Shown here: piece after piece, positions 43,966 through 59,200 of the stretch
Position numbering within the stretch: position 1 is the first letter of the stretch
How the letters are laid out: each line of letters starts with the position of its first letter
From: the human T2T-CHM13v2.0 reference genome, Homo sapiens
DNA: 64,000 nt
Direction: 5' to 3' (one strand)
Assembly: GCF_009914755.1 (NCBI RefSeq)
Contig: NC_060930.1
The notes under the pieces: model-generated
Database searches by the model: none
The model's input: only the letters and a program-made list of their open reading frames with translations
Told to the model about the DNA's origin: nothing
Program-made: the position numbers and the translations under genes

Positions 43966-46759
43966 CTCTAAGGACTGAGATGTCCTTGGCTTCTCATTTT
44001 CTCTAAGTTCACAATTAAAGCTATTAACTCAATGGCCCAGGATACCATAAACCTGGTGAATTCAGTTATGTGTGCTCCGTCTACTTGAGCTCTCTGCATA
44101 TGTGCTTGGACCTAAGGCCAGAGAGAAATGAATAAAATGTTAGTGGCAACTTTTTCTGGAGGAGAGCAAATTGCCTGTAGATATGTCATAAACATATCAT
44201 GTCTGTATTCTAATCTTAGGTGAGCTCTGGGGAGTATTGATTCTGTATGATGTTCTAATGGTCTGATGTTGCTGATATGCTAACTAAAAGTACCATCACA
44301 ACTTTTTCTTGTTGCTGTATGGTCTTATAACCCAAATAAAATGAATACATACAACAATAAAGGGAGTAAAAAATCATCTTGCAAAATTTCTAATCTATAT
44401 ATTCATGTTTTCAAAATATTTTATGAAACCTAAAATTTTAGTTATTGAGGTTACTAAAGTCCCAAAAAACAATTAGATCTGGATTATTATTTTTGAAGTC
44501 ATCTACATTTTTTATCCCCTAAGATCAGTATTTTATTTAATAATCTATAGTAATGTTAGATTTAATTTAAAATAAAATTTCTGAAAGTGAAAATTATTCA
44601 TTTTAACATGAATATTCATATAGAATAAAATATCAAAATATGCTTATTTTCCAATATTTTTATTCTCAACTTGTTTCTCATAGCTACTATTCACTCTACC
44701 AAAGGACTGAAATTACCCATACATGAAGTATTACTCGTAGTTCAGTGGCCACGCTTATTTCCAATAAGCCCAGATGTTTGCTTCTCAACCAAGACTCTAA
44801 ATAGATACTATATGAGCTACTGTACCACCTGAGAGAGAACCCTACTTGCCATTGATGTGTATTGTGAACATAATATACGTGATAGGTAAGCCATAGATAA
44901 TGAACAGTTAGCCTACATGAATAATGTCAATGTTTTAGTAAACAGGAGTATATATAAAAATTGGTAAGTAAATAATAGGATTATATATAGATGCAAAGAG
45001 AGAGAGCTATGTTGAGGAATGACTAAGCTAATGTGATTATTAATCAAAATAATTAGACTTCTCATCTTTAAAACTAGTATTCCTAAATGCTTCACTCCTC
45101 CTTGCCTTCAAAAGGAGATAGATTATATTTCTACCTTCACTGGACATATTCAAATTGAGATAGAAATGGGAGTGTGTACACTGAAGGAAGTAAGGAAAAA
45201 AAAAGCAAGAAAATTTTCAATTTCTTTAAGACTAAAAATAATAAATACTATTAGCAAACATTTGCTGAATTGCTTACTTTTTCACAAGGATTGTACCATG
45301 TGCTTCACATATGATAAAGCTCCACAAAGTCAACCTGAAGTGGTTAGTAACACATGCCCATTTTACTCATGAGTAAACTGAGGTTCATGAAGGGCAAGTG
45401 ATATGTCCTGCTTCATATGGTTAGTATGAGGCAAGGTAAGAATGCAAATCCAGGTTTAACAACTGTGTGCTACTGCACAATATTAATAGTTAACAAAATA
45501 CTGACGATATGCCGGACATATTACTAAACACTTTACATGCATTGATTCATTGAATCCATATAACAACTCCAGGAGGCAGGGTGTGAATTAGAAGAAGAAC
45601 ATCGACAAATCAAAAGGCTTCCTTTTCTTATGAGACTTTCTGAAAAGTTTCCACACAAGTTAGCAACATTAGCAAACAACTTCAGAAAGTAAATATTTGT
45701 TGTCCTAGTGATTGTATTTCTAGGAAGCTAGCCCAAGAAGACAGCCAGAAATATTCAGATAGATTGATGTTCAAGGATGAATATTTTTTGTAATGTTACT
45801 CAATATTAACAGTGAAAATAAGTTCATAGGTTAAATGTTGAAAAATAGAGACAGAGTTGATAAATTACATAAGATTGGCTATCATGAAATAGTAAAATAT
45901 TTCTGTATAATACAATATTATATATACAAAAATATAAATATATAAATATATAAACAGTACTATATATACAAAAATACATAATATGAAAAAATGAATAGGA
46001 GAAAATGGAAGATAAAAGAAAAGGATACTAACTATAGTTCCATTTATTTGTGCTTCTAGATTTTTTTCCAATCCTCTATAATAAATATATACCACTCATA
46101 TATTTAGGACAAATGAACTTTATTAATAAAGGTCTATCTACTTTTTTTCATAGTCATTTCCTTCTTTTGCCAGTATCATACCCCCAGAAGTATTCTGGTC
46201 TATCTCAGGCTCACATGGCTTGAATTCCATTCAAATTCTGTAGATGATTCTTCTCAGAATCATCTGCTTTTGCCTGTTGTTGATTGGATAATGCTCCTAT
46301 CACTTTACTTCTACAGCCATCCACATTCTCTAACATCTTGGCATAAAATAATTAGACCAGTGCTCCTGAAACTGTAATGAACATATGGTTTCACTTAATA
46401 GGTCTGAGGTGGTACCTGGGATGCTGCATTATTTACAATCCTGAATTATGCCAATACTACTGGCCCCCAGAACACACTTGAGTGGCAAGAGACAACAGAT
46501 CTTCCTGGAAACATCTCAGATGTTAACATATCCAGCTTCAGTCACAGTGGCTCCCTCATGCCTTGTTCAGTATTTCTCAGAATGATATCATCTAAGTTTT
46601 GGAATCACCTGATGTCCTATTTAAAAATGCAAAAAGGTAGCACCTAAAAAGGAAACTGAATTTTTCTTGTAAAGTATATTTATTGTTTCAAACTCCAAGA
46701 TGGTTTTTATGGATAAAAACATTGTGAAAATTTCTAACCTTGTGGCTGAACTGTTTATC

Positions 46760-47178
46760 TGTGGCAGATAGAGCTAGTTTATTACCAAAAATCTGTTTCT
46801 TCTTCCAGGACCCTCAGCTAGCTGATATTACCAAGCTGCCCTGTACTTAGGTATGGATATGTGACTACAGTCTAGCCAATGGCATGCAAGCAAAGTGAAA
46901 CAGGCCATTTCTAAAACCAGTCTTCTTAGAGACTACAAGCATTCTTCTTCTTTAATAGCCAAACGCAGATGACATTGAGGCCTTAGGGAGTGGTGAGCCA
47001 CAAGGTGGAAGCAGCCTGAGTTCCTCAATGACCACTTGGAGGAGACAACACACTCATTTACCAGGAACATGTGTGGTGGGCTGTTAAATCAGTGAGAAAC
47101 AAACATCTATGTGTTGGAGTCATTATTCATTTCGAAGTGTGTTTTTATATCAGCATAGCCAATTGGAACGGATATACC
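46760..47178 (+). mobile_element. MLT1 (I/J-like) LTR
   Basis: tgtggcaga start; tatgtgactacagtctagccaatgg and gagccacaaggtggaagcagcctgagttcc motifs. Confidence 0.7.
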
Positions 47179-48946
47179 AATTGATAAAAGGTTAGATTAA
47201 AATCTGCCACTTTGCTGGCTGCTTTCTATTTGTTCCACACTTTTAATTTTTTTCCTCTTTTCTGCCTTCTCTTCTGCTAATTGAACGTTTTACGATTTTA
47301 TTGGATCTCTTCTGTTGACTTAGTATTTAGATTTCTTTAAATTGTTTAGTAGTTGTCATCTCATTTACAATACACATCTTTAATTAACCATAATCTATCT
47401 TCAAATAACCAGTCACACACAGGGAAGGAGCTGCTAACAGTATATTCTCAATTCCTTCCATGCAGCCTTTGTGCTCGTGTTTCCCTGTTACTTTTACATA
47501 AATAAACTGATAATATATTGCTACTATTTTTTTTTTACTTTAGTTAGTCAGTTATCTCTTAGAGCAATTAAAAATAAGGAAAAAATGATCTCATCTTGAC
47601 TTATTCCATTTCTGAGTTCCCTGAAGGAACTTGGCTAGAATAAAAATGGCAGAGGTTCAAATCCTGGGTTTTGGTGAACACTCACTTTTTGGAGGTGGGA
47701 GAAAGAAGATGAGTTAATGAAAGAGACAAGGAGTTCAGGAGGAAGTTCAATGTCACAAGCCAGGGTAGAAAACGTTTCTCTAAATACATACCACAGTGAT
47801 GAGTGCAACAGATGGTTAAGGAAAATGACAGCTGAGAAAATCCACTGGATTTATGCCATTGACAAATTTTGAAGTTGATCATTTCAGCAGAATGGGAGGA
47901 CAGGATAGAGCTGGCAGAAGATTTCAAAACAAACGAAGAGCATACAGCCTACTGCTTAAGAAGTCAGTTTCAGAAGACAGACTTCCATTTGAACCTGTTG
48001 TGCCATTTTAACTGTGTGATTTTGATAATGTTTGTTCAACCTCTGTTCCCTCAACTGTAAAATGAGTATAATAGTACCAATTAACAGGCTTGTTGAGGAT
48101 TCTATGAGATCTTTCATGGAATGTGCTTATCACATAGGTTGGCACATAGCAAAATGCTGGATTTTAAAAGTATATAACAAAGATGTGGAGGCAGACAGAG
48201 GACATGTGATAAAAGGAAGAAGAGAGTTGAGGAAGAAGTTGAGGGGGGTATGTGAACAGAGAGATATCTAGGTTATGTGAGAAATATAAGTAGAAAACCA
48301 TAAAAGACAGAGCTAATTAAATGGAAGTAAGGGATGATGCCATGAATAGAGGAGAAAATTAACAAAGAAAAAATCTTATAGATTAGGATAAGTTTTGGGA
48401 CCAGGGCAGAAACAAGGAGGTGAGCCAGGAAATAAATAGAAAAAACTGTCCTTTGAGTTAGGGTGTAAGGAGAGACAATACATATATCCCTTAACAGAGA
48501 TATGTTAAAGGAACAAGGGCCCTGAAGCTTTTGTAGAAAACAAATAACCAATCTCAAAAACACAGTAATTGAGTTCATTGGCTGAGAGTCATACAAAGAG
48601 TTCATCTCATTTCTAGCTCCCTAACACTTGCTTCTTTTGGACTCAGCCAGGCCCTGCTCTCACAATAGTCTTCAGTGTGTGCACAAAGAGAAGGGGATGG
48701 AGCTAATGGTTATGGGGAAGAGAAGTAGGAAGAGAATGAGAGAGACCACAAACAATATTGTTCTGACAATATCTATTCAGGTGGAGGTCCCCATGTATTT
48801 TTCATACTAATCTGCAAATCACAGACTTTTACAACTAGATAATTTAGCCAAAATCCCTTATATGTTTAATGATTGATTGATTTAAAATGAATTAGGCCCC
48901 ATAGTTCTTAACAAAGAACTTTTGGAGGTTATCAAAAGTTACATAG

Positions 48947-49192
48947 GGCTGGGCGCGGTGGCTCACACCTGTAATCCCAGCACTTTGGGAGACTGAGGCG
49001 GGTGGATCACCTGAGGTCAGGAGTTCAAGACCAGCCTGGCCAACATGGCAAAACCCCGTCTCCACTAAAAATACAAAAATTAGCCGGGCACGGTGGTGTA
49101 TGCTGAGATCGCGCCATTGCACTCCTGCCTGGGCAACAGAGTGAGATTCCATCTCCAAAAAAACAAAAACAAAAACAAAAACAAAAACAAAA
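48947..49192 (+). mobile_element. AluS with an internal right-arm deletion and (CAAAAA)n tail
   Basis: ggtggtgtatgc joined directly to tgagatcgcgcc; TSD aaaagttacatag / aaaagtcacttag. Confidence 0.93.
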
Positions 49193-50659
49193 AAAGTCAC
49201 TTAGGTGGTCAGTTATAGGCAGTTATAGTGATGTATATAGAACTTAGAACTTAGGCCTTTCTGTTCCTGGAATTTCACTAGGAGGTAGGAGGTAAATAAC
49301 TTCCAGTTCCAAGGTAGATGTTAGTGGGAGACATACCTAATGTTGTGAAAATACAACTAAATGTTAATAAGTTTTTTTAAGTGTATTAAAAGACAAAAGA
49401 ATTGAAAACAGTGGTTCTGACAAAGAATGAGCAATGTTATAAATATTAATAAGCTAGTGATGGCTTGTGAGAATGTACAGACCAGATTTTTGAAAATAGC
49501 AAAAGCAGCAGGCAGTATATATTAGCTTCATGATGTCTGGAATTTCACTTTATCTCATTCCATTATACCTTCAGCATATGGCATAATACCTAGAACATAA
49601 TAAGTTATTATTCAAATATTCTTGAAGGCATAATTGAACAAATAATGAGTATGGCACAATACTGTATGTAATATCAAGATCAAGGTGCATATAGGCCTAT
49701 ATATTATAAAAACTGAAGACACAGCACTGCATGTTTGAGGACACAAAAATAAAGGAACATTTGAGTGGATCACTACCTATCTTGTTTTCTCCTTAAACCT
49801 TCTCCTCTTGGAAGTGCCTCTCATAAAGAAGGGTTTCTGGAAACTGCTCAATGACTCTTTTATTAATCTTGGCTGCAGCTGATTGGACTTAAATTTGGTC
49901 AATCACAGTCTTCTCACCCAGACTTAGAACAGACAAAGACAGAATCCGTCTTTATAAGAGGTGAGATGTACAGCAAATGAACTGTGGACCAGTAACTTTT
50001 TCCATGAATAACGGAGAGCAGAGAAATTCAATCTCTAGTAAAATGAGAAGTGAAGCATAGGTGAATCAGAGAAACATGGCCTGAATTTCTGACAGATTTT
50101 CAGTCCTTCCTGAGGTCCAGCTTCATTCCCTTACCAGCTTTGTTTTTGGAAGTGGGTACTATTATTATCATCCTCATTTTTTAATTGAGGAAACTGAGGC
50201 ATAGAATGTTTAATATGATCATATATAATGTTACATGTTTGGCAAAAGGTAAAGCTGAGATTCAGAATCAGGTAAAAAAAGACTTCTTTCTAAATCTCTG
50301 TTCTTGACTTGTGTGCATAATTTCTCCAAGAAGTTTCCTGAGACACCCCTGTGTCTTCATAATAAATTTTCCTTTTTTGTTTACGGTAGCCTGAGTTGGC
50401 TACTGTTGCTGGGAAACAAAGACTAGTAACTAGCATCATTAAGTTAATGACTTGGCAGAGAAGATATTCATTAATACAAAGAACTTTAATACAAAGTAGA
50501 ATGTCATAGCTATTATGAGAATTATAAACAAAGCTATTCAGAAACACCAGTGAGATGGTTTGTATATTTTGTGGTGGAGCAAGGAAGGGGTGGAGGAGAG
50601 GAGGGATAGTGAAAATGTTGTTATAGTTTGCCTCTGAATTGGGCTTTGAAGGATATTGA

Positions 50660-51068
<409 letters not shown>

Positions 51069-52568
51069 AGAAGATTTTAATGAGATGTTTATTGTAGGGC
51101 CTTTTGGGATATGGATGGAGCATAGCTCCTGATCATGGGAAGCCCTGTGCCTTGCTATAGGATATGAGCTTTATTCTCTATGAAATGAAGGTCTATCTAA
51201 GGTTTATGAATAATCATGCCATCATCAGCACTTTTATTTTCTAATTTTGCTAGCAAGGGAGCAATAATTGAGATGGATAGAGGCTGAGAAATATGTAAGT
51301 AGAAACATTTGTTAGAAAATTAGTGCAATACATCCAATCATTAGTGATGACTATTTAAAATGAAGCATAAGGAAAAAGATTGTTGTTAAGGAATAAATTT
51401 GAGATAAATTTACTAGGTAAAATACTGTCTAAATGAATGAGGAATGACTGAAGAAAGAAATACCATTAACAAAGCACTGAGATCTCTCGCTTAACAACAA
51501 CTTAATAGAGGGTGGTCCATTAACTGGAGTGGGATATAGAATCATCTTTAGTGAAAGGTGAAAGTTGCTTTCTTGAAAATCATTATAGACATAGAAAACT
51601 GGCTATTTACCACGTTTCCTGAAGCATTCCTAATTATTCAAAACTAATTTAAATTCACATTTATCTTTCATTAAATAACTTTTTTTCCACTTCCCCATTT
51701 GCAGTTGGAGTGATTTCATGTCTTTGGTAATGTTTATATTTATAGTTTAACATTCTTGTAACTCAAATAATTGGACTCCATTGGTCAGTAAAATAATTTA
51801 AAAGATAGGACACAGTGATTCCTAGGTCTCTAGAAAGAGCACGAGGCTTCCCATATGCTGAGTACCAGGGGTGGGGGCAGGGATAATGAGTGATAGGAAT
51901 TTTATATGGGTTTTGGGGAGCCCTATAACAAAGGAGACTGGTCTTGCTTTCAAAGGTGTATACTGGAGGGCATACAAGACTCAGAAGCTCAGCATCCAGC
52001 TGACAGAGGTAACAGGGCAGCAAAGGCTAAGTGAGATACCTAGCCAGTGGCTCAGGTAACTTCAAAGAATACAGAACACTCAAACCTGGCATAGAAAGCT
52101 TACAACAATTTCCCATTTTCCCTAGCAGAGCTGAAAAATCACTGGTGGGCAAGAGGGAACTAAAATCATGACCAGGATGTGGTACAGAGTATGGGCTAGA
52201 GTTGGATGGATCATGGTTTGGGTACCATCACAAGGACAGAGCTGAATGGGCCGAATAGTCATATCTCCAGGGAAACAAGGGAGGACTAAGAACGTTTGCA
52301 GACCAGGTAACTCCCCACTAATGCCAGGATGATACTTAAGCCCTCTTCAAACTTAGCTCACTCATAGGAGGAAGGAGAAAGAGAATAGGAGGAACTTGAA
52401 ATCTGTTTTAAAGGAGAAGTGGCTAAGCGGATTTACACATGTATTCCACCATTTATTAGGAGACATCTATTTGGGGGGTAAACGTCAGAATTCATTAAAC
52501 TGGACACTGCTGTGTTTTTACATAGATATAAAATATTATGTATGCTATAAAGTACAAAAAATATTACA

Positions 52569-52733
52569 GGCCAGGCACAGTGGCTCAGGTCTGTGTTCCC
52601 AGCTACTGGGGAGACTGAGAGAAGATCACTTGAGCCTAGGAGTTTGAGGCTGCAGTGAGCTATGATCATACCACTGCACTCCAGCCTGGGCTTCAGAGTG
52701 AGACCCCCATCTCTAAAAAAATAAAAATAAAAA
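52569..52733 (+). mobile_element. Alu monomer (FRAM/FAM-like)
   Basis: Single ~165-bp arm with J-type sequence gagctatgatcataccactgcac and an A-tail. Confidence 0.85.
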
Positions 52734-52999
52734 AGTATAGAATATTTTATGATATTACTTATATGAGTATTACCATTCACATTCTTATTGTTAATTTCAA
52801 ATAGCTCAAGTTCAGCTTGATTTCTAAATGACTTACCAAAGACCTTGCTAGCTTGAGACCCACCATTGATCAAAATATCTAACAAGATATTTATCTTAAC
52901 AATGGTATTAATTTTTTAAAGCATTGGGTACATCTTGGAGGAAGAGGGAAGGCTGTGAATATATAAAATAATTTTTTTTTTCTGCCACTAGAAATAGTC

Positions 53000-53480
53000 C
53001 AGTTGAAGGCACCCGAAATGGTGCAGTTGAAGCCAGTTATTCAAAGAAGGTAGGAAAATAAACATAAGTATAATTACAGTTAAATATATAGAAGAAAAGC
53101 AGATTTGGAGAAAACTCGCATGTCTAGAAAACATAATATAATCCATGGTTGAGGCAATTGTGGATATTTGCCTTGGAAAAGGCTGAGAGATAAATGAGAG
53201 TTGTAGTTGCATAGTTCAAGATCATTATGTGGTCAAGAAAGTAGACATATTCTGTATGATTCCAGAGCCAAATAGACAGATGTAGATTTTGGTTGATTAT
53301 GGGGGATAACTCTCTAGCCATTTAATGCTGCCCAAACACAAATGAGTTAGCTTTCAAAATAATGATAGCCTTGCCACTGAAGTATTAAAAGACAATCTAA
53401 AGGTTGCAGAAGGAATCCCTTCTACTGTTAGTGAAGCCATCAGCTTTGATGGCTCTAGGATTTTCTCCAATCCTATGGCT
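53000..53480 (+). mobile_element. L3/CR1 LINE fragment
   Basis: Degenerate resemblance (ttggaaaaggctgagag...gccttgccactgaagtattaaa). Confidence 0.45.
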
Positions 53481-54475
53481 TTCTATGAATACGTACTGAA
53501 GTTGGTTTGCTCAATTTTATCTAATTATGTCCTCAAATTATAAACATACCCAAATAAAATTAGAATATTAAGGGCTTTTGCTATTATAATTTGGGGCAAC
53601 ACATTATTGTGATAGGTTCATTCCCTTGGCATCTGAAGATATGGCATACAAATGCCAAGCAAAGATATAGTGACTTAATGGGAAGGTCACACGCATATAA
53701 GCTTCCAGATGGCATACAACCATGATGGCCAGTGCTAATAGCCAAGAAAAAAAAGTCATATAAGACAAAACTCTTAAAACATTTGCTGAAGATTCTCATT
53801 GAGGAGTGCCAAACCCACACATATTTGGTGTTGTAGCAAAGCTGCCAAGTACCACTAGGCTTACAAAAGCTCCTGTGTAAACTGTAACATATTTTATGCT
53901 TCTGTTTTAACTTCAACGATTCGAAGTACCTGAAATTCAATGTCATCCTTACTTAAAAATGAAAATATATGAGATAAAAATCTTTAGATATGAGTCAAAT
54001 TCAAGTGCTATTTCACTTACTTCACATAAACATGGGGTATGCAGGAAAATACACAAAATATTAATCATGGACAGATTAATGTCCAAGGAAGAAAAAGAGT
54101 TCTTTCTTGTCCGTCACGTCTTTGCTCTTCATCACAGGAGACTGATTCCTTCAGGATGCATTTCCCCAGTTCTCATATCAGCTGGATTCCTACAGAGTTC
54201 AGCCAACAGTAAGCTCTGGTGTTAGGAAGAAGTCATAATATTTCCCACTAACAGCTTTGGGTGGTATCTCAAGTAGAGCCCATATTTTCTTTGTGTCCTC
54301 CAATGCCTTCTGCTGACCATGGACAGGCCCAGCATGGTTCCAGCTCTCTCACAGTGACTCTGGATGCTGGGCTCCAGTAACACTGCTTCTTTCTTTGTCC
54401 ATCCAGCCTATAGGGCTCACTGCTATTGCAACGGTGGGTTCCTGCTATTGCTAATCTCCAGGAGTGCCTCCTTAA

Positions 54476-54622
54476 CAGTGAAGCAAACAGGGTGCAAATC
54501 GTAGGAAGCCATTCAGCAACTCAGTTGGTGAGCAAGTTGAAAATCATCAGCACCTGAGAAAGAATGCCTCTTAAATGTTGTGTTCTAGTTACCTGGTTTG
54601 CCTTACCCTATTCTAGGTCCTG
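54476..54622. mobile_element. MER96-like palindromic hAT MITE
   Basis: cctgagaaagaatgcctcttaaatgttgtg...ttgccttaccctattctaggtcctg matches the remembered right half of MER96. Confidence 0.5.
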
Positions 54623-55809
54623 CTAACCTCTGGGATGCTTTTTTGTCCGATGTTCAGTTTTATACTTTTCCTTTCACCTGTGTTTCCTACATTCAATTAT
54701 TTTTGTGTCTTCTGCTTTCTGACTGATCCCAGAAAAATGTAATCATCCTTTCCAAGGAGTTGAAACTTGAATTATTTTCTACCAAACTCTTATCAAAGGC
54801 AGATTGGGCAAAGTGATACTAAACAAAGGCACTTTATGAGATTCACTGTCTATCCTCTTCTAAGTATTTTAGTTCTGTCCTTATGCCAATTTCACCAGAA
54901 AGTTCTGGATCTCATTAGCTCAGACTCCTGCAGAGATAGCTTCCTTGAATCCCATTTTCAGGTTATTCAAAGTCATGAAAATAAATAAATAAATACACAC
55001 AGAAATGAAAGACTTGTTAAGGAGGATTTTCCCTCCCCCCACATTTATTCTAAAAACCCCTACTGGAGACACTGTCCATTTATTTTATTATATATTAGCC
55101 AGGATAAGAAGTTTGAGTTATTAAAGCCAAGAAAAGGGCAGGAGAGAAATTCATTGGTTCCCTTAAGTGAATTATAGAAAAAGTTTGGTTGGTTAATCTT
55201 GGGAAATACTGAACCAGAGATTCCAACATCCTACTTTCTGTCTCTTTCTTCCCTTCTTTTTTCCTTCGTTCTCTCTCTTCATCTCTCTCATCATTTTTTT
55301 TCTTCTCTGTGTGTTGGCTTTATTCTTTCAAGTCGGCTATATCAAAAGTCACAGAGTTTTATGTAAGAGAAAGGAACTCTTTTTCATAAGCTCTAACTAG
55401 AAAACTTTTGGCAGAGTGATTTTTATTAACCCACCTTGAGTCACACATCCATCTGTGGACCAGAAATTGAAGCCAGTGCACCAGAATACGAAAATTTCCC
55501 TCACTGGGGCCATGAGTGCACTTTGTAAGCTAGACATTGTGGGAGGAAGAGAGAAGGATGCTGCAATTTCTAGGTCCTCACTAGAACCACATATTTGGAG
55601 TGATGAAGACATGTTTTCCTAGAAGTGGGGTGTATTTTGAACATACTAAACAATAAATATTCACTAGATACCTTTTCTAGAAACTATTCAATATATTCCA
55701 TTGAAAGTGTAATACCAGAAAATGATTTATTACTGTTAAACTCTCATGTTTTTCCTTAAGTCTTTGCTTTTAGGAAATTTAAAATGACATGTAATGCTTG
55801 CTAGTGGCA

Positions 55810-56280
55810 AGTATTCATCATATCATTGAACAGATATTTATTGAGTTCTTATATTGTTCTAGGTGCCACGTATACAGTAGTAGAAAATAAAGCATACAAA
55901 ATCTGTGCTTTCAAGGAGCCAGTTTTTAGTGGGGAAGAAAAACACTTCTAAAGCCTAAACAAGATAATAGTGATACAGGAAAGCAAGTGACAGGATAGAG
56001 ATGCATGTGTGACTCAAGGTGGGTTAATAAAAATCACTCTCCCAAAAGTTTTATTCTGATGAAGGAGTATTTGAGCTGAAACCTGAACGAAGTGGGAGGT
56101 TAACTACGAACTGGTCTGAAATAATAGTGTGTTAGGCAAAAATGAAGACGGTCAGAACAAATGCTTTGACAAGGAGGAGTATTTGGTGTGTTTAGAGAGA
56201 ATTAAGGAGACCACTGTGCTTGGAGTAGAGGGAGTCATGAAGACAGTGTTGCAAAGTAATATCAGACATGTAGCAGGGCC
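55810..56280 (-). mobile_element. L2a fragment
   Basis: aacagatatttattgag...gttctaggtgc...atttgagctgaaacctgaa...aaggagaccactgtgcttggag. Confidence 0.75.
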
Positions 56281-59200
56281 GTGTCTTATGAATAAGTATT
56301 TACTAATCAAGTCAGTATCATTAGTGAATCACATTGCAATCCCCACTAGCATTTTTTAATAAGAATAGAATAGAAAATATTATGTATTTGTGCATTGCAC
56401 TTTCTTCCATATCACAAAAGACTTTGCTGTTTGATAGACTACACTGTTTTGGATGAGTAAACTACATGTACTAGGGAGTATGCTATGGGCCAAGGCTGAT
56501 ACGAAGCCATTAACAAATTAATTTGGGTAATTTGGGTCACATGTATACTTTCTTGCCCCATAAAGTATGTTTAAACAAAAATCTCCTGTATTTTATAACA
56601 GAAGATTTTAGCTTCTTACTAGAGAGTGCAATATGAATTTTATAAATATCTATTAGTTGAATGAGTTCAAATTTCACAGAGCAGCCTCCTCTCCTGTCAA
56701 AATTAGTACAGAATGTTAGCTTTTAGAAGAGCATTTGTATTTATGTCAGCTAAAGAGTAAATCATGCAATCAGCCAACATGTACTAATTATTCACTCACA
56801 AAAGGCTTACCACATTATCATATTTAAGATGTAGCCTTTGACTCAAAACAACTTAGAATCTAGTAGAAAAGATATAATGTATACATGAATAATTAAAAGG
56901 CAGATTATGAGAAGTGTTAATTCAGGCCAACTAGGAAAATATTAAGAGTTTAAGGGGGAAGAAAATTATTTTAGACTGTTTAAATTGAGGCAGGTTTTAT
57001 AGAGGAAATGACATTTGAACTTGGCCTTGAAAAGTAGGGAGATTCTATGAGCAGAGAGTGAGGCATGGGGAGCAGACCTTAAAAAATATAAATAACGTCA
57101 ATGACAGAACTTGTTAATAGCAGGTTCCTGTTTACTGATGTTTTTGATGTTAGCTCTGACATAATGCTGGATCCCTCCTGCTATGTAGCACAATTTGGTA
57201 CAAGTCTCCCAAAACACTATTTAATAACGATTTATTAAAATGTATTTGTGTTTATTAAGTGGTTTCTATGTACAATCCACTGAGAGGGATACAAATAAGA
57301 GTAAGATGCAGTAAATTGAGATGTATAAATCAGATGCTCACTAGAATAAGTTTTATATAACCTTATGATGCCTATACAAACAAACACTTTTCAAATTTCA
57401 CTCAAATGTTATATTGTTGAATATATATACAGATAAATATATAGGTAGGTAAATATATAGATATATATCTGTATCTGGCTATATAACTCTGTATATGTGT
57501 GTGTATATGTTTGTATTTTGGTTACATTATAGAGCAACTGTTTAACTTTGAATTGTCATTTTAGAGAAACTTCATTTCAGCTAATGTCTATAGAACATCT
57601 GTAAGTACTATGGCATTTCTTAATAAAAGTACATCTGTTATTGCTCAGTATTTTAGGCTGGTACCTAATCTTTTATCAATTACTCACATGATCCCATGTG
57701 TCCAGGAGGAATATATATCAAGGGTTTTGAACCATCTAATGAATGCATGCATGCCTCTGTAATATATAGCTGTGTTTTAGAAATTTTAGAGAGGTGGGAC
57801 TCTTCCAGGCAGTCTCTCACTAAGGATAACAAATGTAGAAAACTATGCATAAAATGAAGTACCATAAAGTATAGCTATATTCACAAAGGCTAATTTATTT
57901 TAATATATATAAAACCAAAAATATCATTTATCTTCAAGTTGGTGTTTAGCTCTAAACCAAATAATTTATGTATACAACCAATTTATTTCACATTACTAGA
58001 GACAAATGACAGGCAATTGAAACTCATAGAAAGCACTAAAGTTTAATTTTAATCATACTTTATCTGTTTTTATCAGCCGCATCTTTATAAACATTATAAC
58101 AAAAAGCGTATGTTTATTATGCAAGAAATCTTCATGTTTTTCAAGACCAAAAAAGCTCTTCTTATAAATCACAATTCTAAATATTTTGTAAGTCATAGAT
58201 TCCTCTAAGAACATGAAGAAAACATAATATCCTATTACTAGGAAAAAAAATACATACATAGACACATGCTTAAAATTGTATATGTTTATCTATCCATGGC
58301 AAAACACTTTTCTAAAATAAATCTATTGAATTCACTTAATTGCCATCCATATCTAAAAGTAAGGGGGACAGTATTATTCTGTTGTTATTTGAGCTCTGTA
58401 GTCCAGTTATGCAACTTTTTTGGTGTCAGTATTTTTTAACCCAGCAATTTTTGAAATTTAGTATGACAGTAACTTTTAATGTCAACATTGCTTATTTATT
58501 GTTATAACACTAGCAACAATGAAATATTTAACCACGTAAAGTAAGAAATATCTAGGAGACATATAAAATATAAGACACAATATTTTTTCATGAAAAGCAA
58601 CTTAATGTGTTTTATTAAGACTCTTTGCCCTTAGGGTGCTGCTACAGGATTTGGAAGAAAAATAATTTAACTCTCTGCCCTGAATGTAGGAAAAAAAATC
58701 TAACTTGTATCAAATAGCATCTATTTTGGAGTGCTTTGTTGACAAGCAATGTGAACATTCTAAAGAATAATGATCTACTATTTATTTTTTTTAGTAATCT
58801 AGACCGTCATCTAAGGAAGTAAAGATTTTTTTTTATTGTAAGTGCTTTTTTGAAGAGTCAAAAGAAGAAATATGTGGAACCCATTCCTTAGCTTTCTGAA
58901 ATCTCCAACTGGGAGAAACACATATACAGTACTTTTAAAGTTTAAAGAAATGAAACAAGAAACGCAAATCACATTGTAATTCTCCAAGTAAAATAATACT
59001 ATGTCCACCAAATACTATTATTACCATGAAAGTTTGGCTAGAGTTTCAATGCCTGGATGGGGGAGGCTGCTATCAAATATATGAAGATGCTGCTAAATTT
59101 GAAATACAGTAAGGTTTAGGCAGAATACTTGGAATAAGGTAAGAACAAGAATATAACTAACTTATTTTTCAAGTTGCTTTGACTAGTAAATGTACCGGCT

